A program made the position numbers and the translations under genes. A DNA stretch of 64,000 nucleotides, taken from positions 512,001 through 576,000 of the forward strand of contig CBDDTI010000746.1 of assembly GCA_965233585.1 (NCBI GenBank), given 5' to 3'. The stretch is from a bacterium (lineage in GTDB: Bacteria; SAR324; NAC60-12). Position 1 is the stretch's first letter. Each line of letters begins with the position of its first letter. Positions 9,283-18,530 of the stretch are shown one piece after another. The notes under the pieces are model-generated. The model worked only from the letters and a program-made list of their open reading frames with translations, did not search any database and was not told the DNA's origin.

Positions 9283-10221
9283 ATGATACCAACACAAAAA
9301 ACTAAAGAAGTCAGGTCTTTGAATCATTTGATAGATGCTTCAGTCCTCAAGCAATTTTATACTCGTTCTGATGTTCCTGCATTGACCTATACTTTTTGCC
9401 ACTTTGGATTGCTAGCCATTGGAGCAGTTTTGATTGATTGGCTGATAGAGACAGGGCAAAGCAGTCCTTTGTTGTGGTTAGTGCTTTTTCTGCATGGAAT
9501 CGTTCTTGTGCATTTATTTGCTCCAATGCACGAGACTTCTCATGCCAGCGCCTTTAAAACTCCTCTTTTGAATAAAATCGTCCTGCATCTGACAGGGTTT
9601 TTACTCTTTATTCCCGGACGTTATTTTACTTTGGAACATCATCGGCATCATGCCTTCACAAATCAACCTGAACACGACCCCGAGTATATTCCCAATGTAG
9701 AAAGCCTGAAAGGATACCTGCTTTACGCAACAGCATTACCCTATTTTCTTGGGATTTTGAAGACTTTTTTGCATACACTCACGGGTCAACTGACAGAAAA
9801 TGAACAAAAATTTATCAAGAGCAAAAATAAAAAACGGGTGATTTTGGAATCATGGGTCATGCTGACAGGCTATGCCATCTTGCTAGGAGGTTCTTTTTAT
9901 TTAGAAAACTCCTTGTTGTTGTGGGTGTGGATTATTCCAAGAATAATGAGCGAACCTGTCATGCGGTTGATTCGTATGAGTGAGCATGTAGATTGTCATT
10001 TCACCAAGGACATTCGTGCCAACACACGCACAACCTACACTTTGAATTGGGTGTCTTCATTGAATTGGAAAATGAACTATCATGCAGAGCATCATGCCGC
10101 TCCCAATATTCCTTTTTTTCGTTTAAAAGATTTACATGGATTGATTGAAGGTGAGTTACAACATCTTGCAAAAGATGGTTATTATATGACTCATCAAGGG
10201 ATCATTCAGAAACGTTTGTAA
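9283..10221 (+). CDS. Membrane fatty-acid desaturase superfamily di-iron enzyme
   Basis: His boxes HETSH, HHRHH and HAEHH with transmembrane segments. Confidence 0.88.
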   Translation: MIPTQKTKEVRSLNHLIDASVLKQFYTRSDVPALTYTFCHFGLLAIGAVLIDWLIETGQSSPLLWLVLFLHGIVLVHLFAPMHETSHASAFKTPLLNKIVLHLTGFLLFIPGRYFTLEHHRHHAFTNQPEHDPEYIPNVESLKGYLLYATALPYFLGILKTFLHTLTGQLTENEQKFIKSKNKKRVILESWVMLTGYAILLGGSFYLENSLLLWVWIIPRIMSEPVMRLIRMSEHVDCHFTKDIRANTRTTYTLNWVSSLNWKMNYHAEHHAAPNIPFFRLKDLHGLIEGELQHLAKDGYYMTHQGIIQKRL

Positions 10222-10269
10222 CCCAAACAGATTGTTCATTTTTATTTTTAACATTCAAAAAAGTTTGAC

Positions 10270-11226
10270 ATGATGATTCATAGTTTAGTAGATGCTTTTC
10301 AAATACTCAGAAATTCTTCCTTCAATGGAGTGCAAGGCTGTTATGCGTTTGAGGGAAGTAGCACTGGCAAGACTGTTGGGATTGGTGTGATGACTCACGG
10401 TAACGAGCCTAGCGGTCTTGCTGGCTTTCAGTACTTTCTTGAAAAGAATGTCAAACCGGAAAGCGGGAGGGTGATTTTTACATTGAACAATCTAAAAGCC
10501 GCAGAGCTTTATTTTGATGACCTTGACAAGCCATCTGCACAAAAAGAAATTTATCGCTTTCTCAATCTCAACATGAACCGATTACCTTGCAACCTAGAAC
10601 CAACAAATGATGAGTATGAAATTGCAAGGATTAAAGAGTTGTTGCCTATCTATGAAACTTTTGATTATGGCTTAGATGTTCACAGCACTCTAAACGATTC
10701 AGAACCTACAATTATCAATATCAGTGACCGCTTAGATCATGGATTGTTTAGGGGATTCCCTCCGCAAATGAAAAAAATCATCTCTAACATTGCCAACATT
10801 CAAATTGGAGTGCCTGTTTCTAAATTGTTTGGAGGTCAAAAACGAAGCATTCCCATTCTTTCAATAGAAACAGGTAGCCATGAAGAACCAACAGCTTTTG
10901 AGACAGCCGTCAGCTGTATTTTGCAATTTTGCAAAAATTGTGGTGTCCTTCCGCAAGAAGAGATGCCAGAGAAGCGAAGTTTTTATGATTATCAAACAAT
11001 CGCCTCTATTTTCTATCCCAAAGAAGATTACTTGACACCAAAAGGGTTTTTGGCATTTGAAGAATTGACTAGGAATCAGGTGCTAGGCATCAACAACCTT
11101 GACCCTCCTGTCCTTTGTCCTGTGGATTGTTTGAATCTTTTTGGAAGAAAGAGGTTGGACAAAAGCCCATCTATTGCTGAAGAGGCGTTTTTCCTGCTTG
11201 ATTTTCCTAAACTAGTTAAGTTGTAA
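10270..11226 (+). CDS. Succinylglutamate desuccinylase / aspartoacylase family metallo-hydrolase
   Basis: THGNE, NMNR, LDVHST and IETG motifs. Confidence 0.8.
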   Translation: MMIHSLVDAFQILRNSSFNGVQGCYAFEGSSTGKTVGIGVMTHGNEPSGLAGFQYFLEKNVKPESGRVIFTLNNLKAAELYFDDLDKPSAQKEIYRFLNLNMNRLPCNLEPTNDEYEIARIKELLPIYETFDYGLDVHSTLNDSEPTIINISDRLDHGLFRGFPPQMKKIISNIANIQIGVPVSKLFGGQKRSIPILSIETGSHEEPTAFETAVSCILQFCKNCGVLPQEEMPEKRSFYDYQTIASIFYPKEDYLTPKGFLAFEELTRNQVLGINNLDPPVLCPVDCLNLFGRKRLDKSPSIAEEAFFLLDFPKLVKL

Positions 11227-11233
11227 TGACTGA

Positions 11234-11378
11234 TTCTTGAATGACTTCTATAATTTGAGGCTTTTTCAAAAAAAGCCAGCTGACTGGGCAATGTGGTTGT
11301 TTCCCAGTCAATTTCATTAACTATCATTTGAAAAGGAGAAAAAAATGATAAAACAATTCATACAAGCAGTACTTAAAT
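11234..11378 (+). repeat. Repeated leader module, copy 2
   Basis: TTCTTGAATG...AGGCTTTTT..AAAGCC..GACTGGGCAATGTGGTTGTTTCCCAGTC...AAAAGGAGAAAAAAATGATAAAACAATTCATACAA. Confidence 0.9.
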
Positions 11379-12136
11379 CTTTAATGGTGTTCCTAGTTCT
11401 TGGTCTCATCTCAACTTATGCAACTGCTGAAAAATTAAACCAAAAATTGGCAGCGACTCAGGTGATTGATTTGACTCAACCCATGTATGATGGCATGCCA
11501 TATTGGCCAGGAGGAGTCCCTTTTAAAAAGGAACGTCTTGTGGATTATGACCAAGGCTACCAGCTACATCAGTTTACTATGGGAGAAAATACAGGGACAC
11601 ATGTTGATGCCCCTTCTCACTTTGTCAAAGGTCAACACACGATTGACCAAATTCCACTCAATCAGTTAGTTCTACCCATTGCTGTCATTGACGTTCAAAG
11701 ACAAGCCAGAGCCAATGCTGATTATCAACTCACTGTAGAAGAGGTCAAGAAATGGGAGAAGAAGAATGGACAGATTCCCTCTGGCAGCTTGGTTGTTTTA
11801 AATACAGGCTGGCATAAGAAGTTTAAAGACCCTAAAAGTTATGTCAATTTAGATGAAAACAATGTCATGCACTTTCCCGGGTTTTCTGCTGATTCTGCCA
11901 AACTCCTAATCAAACGAAACGTCACAGGCATTGGAATAGACACATTGAGTCTTGATTATGGAATGTCCCAAGACTTTGCAACCCATTTGCTCATGCTTCA
12001 AGCTAACAAATATCAAATAGAAAATATGGCCAATTTAGATGCGTTACCAGAGACAGGTGCCACAGCAGTGATTGGGGTCTTACCAATCAAGGAAGGCTCT
12101 CAAGCACAAGCTAGAATCCTAGCCTTTTTGCCATAA
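11345..12136 (+). CDS. Cyclase (kynurenine formamidase-like) family hydrolase with signal peptide
   Basis: IDLT, ENTGTHVDAPSH, HFPGFS, GIDTLSLD, IENMANL motifs; hydrophobic N-terminus. Confidence 0.9.
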   Translation: MIKQFIQAVLKSLMVFLVLGLISTYATAEKLNQKLAATQVIDLTQPMYDGMPYWPGGVPFKKERLVDYDQGYQLHQFTMGENTGTHVDAPSHFVKGQHTIDQIPLNQLVLPIAVIDVQRQARANADYQLTVEEVKKWEKKNGQIPSGSLVVLNTGWHKKFKDPKSYVNLDENNVMHFPGFSADSAKLLIKRNVTGIGIDTLSLDYGMSQDFATHLLMLQANKYQIENMANLDALPETGATAVIGVLPIKEGSQAQARILAFLP

Positions 12137-12176
12137 TTTTAACTTTCTCTTCTTATTTGTAAGAAAAGAAAACGTA

Positions 12177-12272
12177 GCTGGGAGATGTGGTTGTTTCCCA
12201 GTCCATTTCATTAACTATCATTTGAAAAGGAGAAAAAAATGATAAAAAAATTCATACAACCATTGCTGAAAA
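12177..12272 (+). repeat. Repeated leader module, copy 3
   Basis: GCTGGGAGATGTGGTTGTTTCCCAGTCCATTTCATTAACTATCATTTGAAAAGGAGAAAAAAATGATAAAAAAATTCATACAACC. Confidence 0.9.
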
Positions 12273-13054
12273 CACTCATCTTGTCAAAGTTGATGCTGGC
12301 AGTTTCAATGCCTGCCTTTGCTCAAAGCAAGTCTGTCATAGATGAGATTATTGAACGTGGCTCAATCCGTGTCGGCATGAGTGCCTTTGTTCCTTGGGCT
12401 TTTTTGAACAAGGAAGGGGAATATGTTGGCTTTGAAGTTGACGTTGCCAAACAGCTGGCAGAGGATTTAGGGGTAGAATTACAGCTTGTGCCAACTGCGT
12501 GGGACGGGATTATTCCTGCCCTACAAACAGGCAAGATGGATGTGATTATTGGAGGTATGAGCGTGACAACTAAACGTAATCTGAAAGTCAACTTTTCCAT
12601 TCCATACGGGGGTGGAGAATACGTCGTGGTTGCCAACATGAAAGACAAAGAGAAGTTCACATCATTGAAGCAATTCAATAGCCGCAAGATTACTCTTGCT
12701 GTCAGACGTGGAGCGATTCCTGCCATACTCGCCAAAAGATTTTTTCCCAAAGCCAAACTTCGTCAATTTGATGATGATGGAATTGCAGCACAAGAAGTCG
12801 CTAATGGCAATGCAGATGCGAGTATTGATAATTCTATGGGAGCATTAGACAGCTTGGAAAACCACAAAGGACAGGTTTATCTGGTAGAAGATGGTGCGAA
12901 TTTGGCGAAGTTGCCTGCCGCTTTTGCTTTGCGAAAAGGAGACATTGAATCCCTCAATGTCTTCAATAATTGGATTCGTATCAACCAAGCCAACGGCTTC
13001 TTGCAAGCAAGGGACGCCTACTGGTTCAAAAGCAGAGATTGGAAAGAGGAATAA
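12239..13054 (+). CDS. Polar amino-acid ABC transporter substrate-binding protein (family 3)
   Basis: Signal peptide (PAFA); GFEVDVAK, WDGIIPAL..GKMDVIIGGMSVT..R..V.FS.PY. Confidence 0.93.
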   Translation: MIKKFIQPLLKTLILSKLMLAVSMPAFAQSKSVIDEIIERGSIRVGMSAFVPWAFLNKEGEYVGFEVDVAKQLAEDLGVELQLVPTAWDGIIPALQTGKMDVIIGGMSVTTKRNLKVNFSIPYGGGEYVVVANMKDKEKFTSLKQFNSRKITLAVRRGAIPAILAKRFFPKAKLRQFDDDGIAAQEVANGNADASIDNSMGALDSLENHKGQVYLVEDGANLAKLPAAFALRKGDIESLNVFNNWIRINQANGFLQARDAYWFKSRDWKEE

Positions 13055-13057
13055 ACA

Positions 13058-13102
13058 GCATGGCTAAACTTTCTTGTCAATCCGCTTGACAAGCTGCCAT
13101 GC
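13058..13102. terminator. Hairpin between convergent genes
   Basis: GCATGGC...CTTGTCAA-TCCGC-TTGACAAG..GCCATGC inverted repeat. Confidence 0.55.
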
Positions 13103-13104
13103 AA

Positions 13105-14199
13105 TCAATCAAGTGGCTTGGTCTCACCAATTTTAAAAATTTTTAAATTTTCTGGTGGAATATTCAATGCTTGTGCCGCTTTTTTAAAATCTTCAATAGG
13201 CTCATTGAAGGGGTGTAAACCAAGTTGAATTGTCCCCCAATGAGCAGGCATGAAGTTTTGAGCCTTGAGTTCCAAGCCAATTTTGAGGCAGTTGATGGGT
13301 TCGCAGTGACTGCCTTTCATCACAAAAGAGGGTTTATAAGGAGAGATGGACAAAATAGCCAAATCAAAGGGTCCGTATTTTGCCAGCGATTTGTAATGCG
13401 TGCCATATTCTAAATCGCCACTAAAGAAAATCTTTTTTTGAGTTGAAGCAATAGAAAACCCTGCCCAAAGCGTGTCGTTTTTTTTAAACGGACTTCGCTT
13501 AGACCAATGAATGACAGGCAAGGCAATGATTTGTATGCCTTTTACCTTCGTTTCCTCATACCAGTCTAGCTCAATCACTTGAGCAAAGCCTTTATCCTTA
13601 GCATAAACTCCTAGCTTCAAAGGGACAACGACTGTAATGTTGTCTTTGTTTGGAATTTTTTCCAAAGACGGTAAATCTAAGTGGTCATAATGGCTATGAG
13701 AAATGAGAATGATGTCAATCGGTGGTAAGTCTTCTATTTTAACTCCTGGATCCACGCTTCGTTTAGGACCAAAAGGAGGAACTGGTGTTGCATAATCACT
13801 AAAAAATGGGTCTGTTAAAACAACTTTTCCATCTAAACGAATCAAAGTTGTCATGTGTCCAATCCAAGTGACAATTTCTTGCTCTGTGCCAAAACTTTTG
13901 AGCAATTCTACTGCTGCAGGATAAGGTATGACATGACCCTCTGGAATTTCTATATCATAATCTTCTGTGACCTTATTGATAAAAAATTTACGAAAGCGAT
14001 AGAAAGCAGATACCTCTTCAGCAGGTATGCCACCGGGTAAGTTTCTAAATCCATTGTCAGTATGATGATAAGGTCTTTCTTCTGGAGTCTCTGCAAAAGA
14101 ACAAGAGTTGATGATAAAACCCAATAAAAATACAATTTTAATTTTTGTCAATCTAAATGTCTTTTGACCTGTATTTATTAAAAGTTTAATGAAATCCAT
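13105..14199 (-). CDS. MBL-fold metallo-hydrolase (NAPE-PLD/RomA-like)
   Basis: TWIGH, LTDPFFS, ISHSHYDHLD, HWSKR, FFSGD, PAHWGT. Confidence 0.9.
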   Translation of the reverse strand: MDFIKLLINTGQKTFRLTKIKIVFLLGFIINSCSFAETPEERPYHHTDNGFRNLPGGIPAEEVSAFYRFRKFFINKVTEDYDIEIPEGHVIPYPAAVELLKSFGTEQEIVTWIGHMTTLIRLDGKVVLTDPFFSDYATPVPPFGPKRSVDPGVKIEDLPPIDIILISHSHYDHLDLPSLEKIPNKDNITVVVPLKLGVYAKDKGFAQVIELDWYEETKVKGIQIIALPVIHWSKRSPFKKNDTLWAGFSIASTQKKIFFSGDLEYGTHYKSLAKYGPFDLAILSISPYKPSFVMKGSHCEPINCLKIGLELKAQNFMPAHWGTIQLGLHPFNEPIEDFKKAAQALNIPPENLKIFKIGETKPLD

Positions 14200-14304
14200 T
14201 TTGAATGACCTGCCACAAATGATTTTTTGCGTTTTTTAAGAATTTTTTTAAATGAAGAGGAATTTTGGGGAAGGAAGTATGAGGAGCAACTTATCACAAA
14301 AAAT

Positions 14305-14586
14305 TCATACAAATTTAAACACTAATAGTAAATAGATTGTAGAAAGTACTGTTGCAATCCAAAGAGAAAAATCACTGATTCCGAGCCAAGCCAGGTGAAT
14401 AAAAGCACTTCCTAGTAAAGAAATAAACAAACGATCCCCTCTGGTCGTTTCTATGCCTAATATTCCTTGACGAGGCGAACCACCGGGCACCAAATATTCC
14501 CAAACTCCCATTGCAAACAGCATGAAAGCAATACAAATAAAAAAAGTAGCAGTCTGCCACGTCCAAGACATCCAAGATAAAAACAT
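14305..14586 (-). CDS. DUF2160 small membrane protein of glycerol-type ABC clusters
   Basis: WMSWT..TA.FF and TTRGDRLFISLLGSAFIHL motifs; cluster context. Confidence 0.85.
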   Translation of the reverse strand: MFLSWMSWTWQTATFFICIAFMLFAMGVWEYLVPGGSPRQGILGIETTRGDRLFISLLGSAFIHLAWLGISDFSLWIATVLSTIYLLLVFKFV

Positions 14587-15387
14587 TCAAACCCTCCCTA
14601 ATGCAAAACCTTTGGCAATGTAGTTTCGGACAAAATAAACCACCAACGCCCCGGGTATAATAGTCAACACCCCTGCCGCAGACAACAATCCAATTTCATA
14701 CCCTGAAGAACTGGCAGTACGAGTCATGGTTGCAGAAATGGGCTTCGCCTCCACAGCAGTCAATGTTTTGGCAAGTAATAATTCTACCCATGAAAACATG
14801 AAGCAAAAGAAGGCTGCCACTGCAATTCCAGAAATGATGGCAGGAATAAAAATTTTGATAAAAAATCGCCAGAACGAATAGCCGTCAATGTATGCCGTTT
14901 CGTCTAGCTCTTTTGGAATCCCAGACATAAAACCCTCCAAAATCCAGACTGCTAGTGGAATGTTAAAAAGAGTGTGAGCCAATGCAACAGCAAGGTGCGT
15001 GTCAAATAATTGCAAAGCTGAATAGAATTGAAAGAAAGGCAATGCAAAGACAGCTGGCGGAGCCATGCGATTGGTGAGCAACCAAAAGAAGAGATGTTTG
15101 TCTCCAATGAAGCGATAACGAGAAAAGGCATAGGCGGCAGGTAATGCAAACGTAACAGAAATGATGGTATTGATGGAGACATAAATCAGAGAATTGACAT
15201 AACCCATATACCATGTTGAATCTGTGAAAATTTTGATGTAGTTATCAAGCGTCCATTCACGGGGAAACAGAGTAAACGTATTCAAAATCTCTCCACTACT
15301 TTTAAAAGACATACTGACCAGCCAATAAATTGGAAGCATCAAAAATAAGATGTACAAAGTCGGAGGAATCCAAACGAATTTTTTCAT
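14587..15387 (-). CDS. Carbohydrate ABC permease (glycerol-type, GlpQ-like)
   Basis: WLLTNRMAPPAV; EAA loop ELDETAYIDG; C-terminal RNYIAKGFALGRV. Start at 15387 or 15399. Confidence 0.9.
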   Translation of the reverse strand: MKKFVWIPPTLYILFLMLPIYWLVSMSFKSSGEILNTFTLFPREWTLDNYIKIFTDSTWYMGYVNSLIYVSINTIISVTFALPAAYAFSRYRFIGDKHLFFWLLTNRMAPPAVFALPFFQFYSALQLFDTHLAVALAHTLFNIPLAVWILEGFMSGIPKELDETAYIDGYSFWRFFIKIFIPAIISGIAVAAFFCFMFSWVELLLAKTLTAVEAKPISATMTRTASSSGYEIGLLSAAGVLTIIPGALVVYFVRNYIAKGFALGRV

Positions 15388-15406
15388 AATCTGAAACAAG
15401 AGAACA

Positions 15407-16276
15407 TTAAGTTTTGACTTCTTGATGAGTCATAAACGTGTAAAACAGCCAACTCAGCAACAACACAACTAGAAAGTAAATCAACGACATAGCAGAGGCA
15501 GGTCCTAAATCAAATTGACCAAGTGCCACTTTGACCAAATCAATAGACAGAAAAGTGGTGCTATTACCGGGACCTCCACCTGTCAAAACAAAAGGTTCTG
15601 TGTAAACCATGAAGCTATCCATAAGCCTTAACAAAATACCAATGGTCAAGACTTTTTTCATTTTAGGCAGTTGAATCAGCCAAAAAATCTGCCACGTAGA
15701 CGCTCCATCAATTTTTGCCGCTTGGTAAAAAGCGTCTGGAATAGACCTTAAACCTGCATAAGCCAAAAGCACGATCAGCGAAGTCCAATGCCATACATCC
15801 ATCGCAATCACAGTCACCCATGCTGAAATTGGTTGCTGTGTGAAATTGTAATCTATTCCTAAAGCATTGACTGTTCGCCCCAATAAACCCAGGTCAGGCA
15901 ATGCAAAGATATTCCATATTGCCCCCACCACATTCCAAGGAATCAACAATGGCAATGCCATCAACACCAGACAAAGAGAAGCCCACGTTCCTTCTTTAGG
16001 CATCGTAACGGCAATGGTAATGCCCAGCGGAATCTCAATCAACAAAATCAAAAAAGTAAAAAGAAGTTGCCGACCCATCGCATCATGGAATCGTTCTGAA
16101 CGCAAAATGTCTTGAAACCACTTGACACCCTCCCAAAAAAACACGTTGTTCCCAAAAGTTTCTTGCACCGAATAATTCACAACCGTCATCAAAGGAATCA
16201 CAGCATTAAATGCAACTAAGATGAGTACAGGCAAGACCATCAACCACGCTTTTTGATTTTGTGTTTTTTCAATCAT
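15407..16276 (-). CDS. Carbohydrate ABC permease (glycerol-type, GlpP-like)
   Basis: IPLMTVVNYSVQ, MDVWHWT, YQAAKIDGAS; ATG 16276 overlaps the upstream stop codon. Confidence 0.9.
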   Translation of the reverse strand: MIEKTQNQKAWLMVLPVLILVAFNAVIPLMTVVNYSVQETFGNNVFFWEGVKWFQDILRSERFHDAMGRQLLFTFLILLIEIPLGITIAVTMPKEGTWASLCLVLMALPLLIPWNVVGAIWNIFALPDLGLLGRTVNALGIDYNFTQQPISAWVTVIAMDVWHWTSLIVLLAYAGLRSIPDAFYQAAKIDGASTWQIFWLIQLPKMKKVLTIGILLRLMDSFMVYTEPFVLTGGGPGNSTTFLSIDLVKVALGQFDLGPASAMSLIYFLVVLLLSWLFYTFMTHQEVKT

Positions 16277-17358
16277 GGGGCAACCTTTTGGCACAACCAG
16301 CCATTATGATAGACGTGTGTATAATCGGGGTGAAAACGGACTTTCAGATTGCCACTGTCCACCGCAAGCTCTTCAGAAAGATAGATTTTAAACTCGTGAT
16401 GCTCATGGCTGACTGTGAGAATTTGATAACGACCAATGTCTTTGATACTAACTAGATTGACAGGAAAGCCTTCAGGAGTGATTTCAATAAACTCTGGTCT
16501 GATTCCAAGCTGTAAATCTTTGGGGTTGTCAATTTTTTGGTAAGGTTCTGAAATTGGAATGAGGTTTTGGCAAAAAATAGGCATGCCTTCTGATGAAAGT
16601 TCACAAGGTAAAAAATTCATACCGGGAGAACCAATAAAATGTCCTACAAATGTATGTTGAGGGTGTTTAAACAATTCTTCAGGAGAGCCAATTTGCACCA
16701 CTTGCCCACTGTGCATCACAACCACTTGGTCAGCAAAAGTCAAGGCTTCTGTCTGGTCGTGTGTGACATAAATCATGGTGAAATTAAACTCCCTATGCAA
16801 CTCTTTTAGTTTAGAACGCAATTCCCATTTGAGATGTGGGTCAATCACAGTCAAGGGTTCATCAAACATGATGACGTTGACATCAGAACGCACTAAGCCA
16901 CGTCCTAGTGAAATTTTTTGTTTGCTATCAGCCCCCAATCTAGCCGCTCGCTTATCCAAAACAGAGTCCAGACCTAATATCTCTGCAACACGCCTCACCT
17001 GTTCTTCTACATCTTGGGGAGACATGTTTCTATTTTTCAATGGAAATTCTAAATTTTGGCGAACGGTCATGGTGTCATAAACCACAGGAAATTGAAAAAC
17101 CTGCGCAATGTTGCGTTCGTCAGGAGAAAGCGTCGTGACATCTTGTTCTCCAAAAAAGATTCTGCCTTGAGTTGGAGTGATTAAACCTGATGTGATGTTG
17201 AGCAACGTTGTTTTTCCACAGCCAGAAGGTCCTAAAAGTGCGTAAGCACTGCCATCTTGAAATGTCAGATTAAGCTCTTTTAACACAAAATCCTCATCAG
17301 ACAAGTGAGGTGCTTGTCTGTAACTGTGTCTAAGTTGTTCAAATTTGATTTGAGCCAT
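16273..17358 (-). CDS. ABC ATP-binding subunit (glycerol-type, GlpT-like)
   Basis: Walker A GPSGCGKT; AQVFQFPVVY; MFDEPLTVIDPHLKW. Confidence 0.92.
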   Translation of the reverse strand: MAQIKFEQLRHSYRQAPHLSDEDFVLKELNLTFQDGSAYALLGPSGCGKTTLLNITSGLITPTQGRIFFGEQDVTTLSPDERNIAQVFQFPVVYDTMTVRQNLEFPLKNRNMSPQDVEEQVRRVAEILGLDSVLDKRAARLGADSKQKISLGRGLVRSDVNVIMFDEPLTVIDPHLKWELRSKLKELHREFNFTMIYVTHDQTEALTFADQVVVMHSGQVVQIGSPEELFKHPQHTFVGHFIGSPGMNFLPCELSSEGMPIFCQNLIPISEPYQKIDNPKDLQLGIRPEFIEITPEGFPVNLVSIKDIGRYQILTVSHEHHEFKIYLSEELAVDSGNLKVRFHPDYTHVYHNGWLCQKVAP

Positions 17359-17363
17359 TGAAT

Positions 17364-18440
17364 TTATTGAGGAAACACGCGTTGACCCTGTTGATCAAAG
17401 ACCAAAAAAGATTCAGGTTTGAGATAGACATGAATGCTTGAGCCTGCCTCTAAATTGTGGACTCCATGGGCTTGAATCACCCATATTTTTGATGATGGAA
17501 AGCCAGACATGTCAAGGTGAATGTAACTTTCTGAACCACTGATTTCTGAAACAATCACTTTTCCTAATAATTCAATCGTATGATTTTCAGATTGTTGTAA
17601 AGCAAGGTGATAGGGGTGAAATGCAAAAATATACTCTCCATCTGCAATCTGACTATATTGAGCCAAATTCCATTGGCTTTGATCCTCAAATAGAAAGCAT
17701 TGTCCTTGCTTTTTCGCTTGTAAAAGATTGAGAGGAGGGTCAGCAAATCCTTGTGCTGTCTTTAAATCACAAGGGTTGCGATACACTTGATGAGTCTCCC
17801 CGTATTGAGTCACAGCACCTTCTTTTAAAACAGCCGTGTATCCTCCAAATAACAAAGCCTCAGTGGGTTCAGTCGTTGCGTAAACCACAGTGGTTTTGGC
17901 ATCTTTAAAAATTTGTGGCAATTCTTCACGGAGTTCTTCACGCAATTTGTAATCTAAATTGACCAACGGTTCGTCCAGTAAAATTAATCTTGCTTTCTTC
18001 ACCAATGCCCTAGCTAATGCAGTCCGTTGTTGCTGTCCTCCAGATAATTCACTGGGCAGACGGTCTAAGTAAGGCGTTAATTTGAGCAATTCAGACGTGT
18101 CTTTGACTCGTTGAGTGATTTGTTCTTGACTCATCTTTTGAAGCCTTAAAGGGGAGGCAATGTTTTCAAAGATCGTCATGTTAGGGAAGTTGATGAATTG
18201 TTGATAAACCATGGCAACATTTCTTTTTTGGACAGGTTGACCTGAGACATCAACATCGTCAAACAAAAGATGCCCTGTTGTCGGTTGATCTAGCCCTGCC
18301 ATCAGTCTCATCAACGTTGTTTTTCCTGACCCTGTTGGTCCGAGCAAGATATTAAAAACCCCCGATTGCAACTTTAACGAGGTTTCATAAATATAATGTT
18401 CGTTTGAAGCAACTTTGCTGACCTTCTGGAGTTCTAACAT
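17364..18440 (-). CDS. ABC ATP-binding subunit (glycerol-type, GlpS-like)
   Basis: [43 protein letters not shown]. Confidence 0.92.
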   Translation of the reverse strand: MLELQKVSKVASNEHYIYETSLKLQSGVFNILLGPTGSGKTTLMRLMAGLDQPTTGHLLFDDVDVSGQPVQKRNVAMVYQQFINFPNMTIFENIASPLRLQKMSQEQITQRVKDTSELLKLTPYLDRLPSELSGGQQQRTALARALVKKARLILLDEPLVNLDYKLREELREELPQIFKDAKTTVVYATTEPTEALLFGGYTAVLKEGAVTQYGETHQVYRNPCDLKTAQGFADPPLNLLQAKKQGQCFLFEDQSQWNLAQYSQIADGEYIFAFHPYHLALQQSENHTIELLGKVIVSEISGSESYIHLDMSGFPSSKIWVIQAHGVHNLEAGSSIHVYLKPESFLVFDQQGQRVFPQ

Positions 18441-18530
18441 ACCATCAAAACAAAACAAGAAAGAATGAAAAAGGGTAGCAATAGCACCATCTAAAAAAAT
18501 AAAAAGTGCTATTGCCAGATTTGATTGGAA

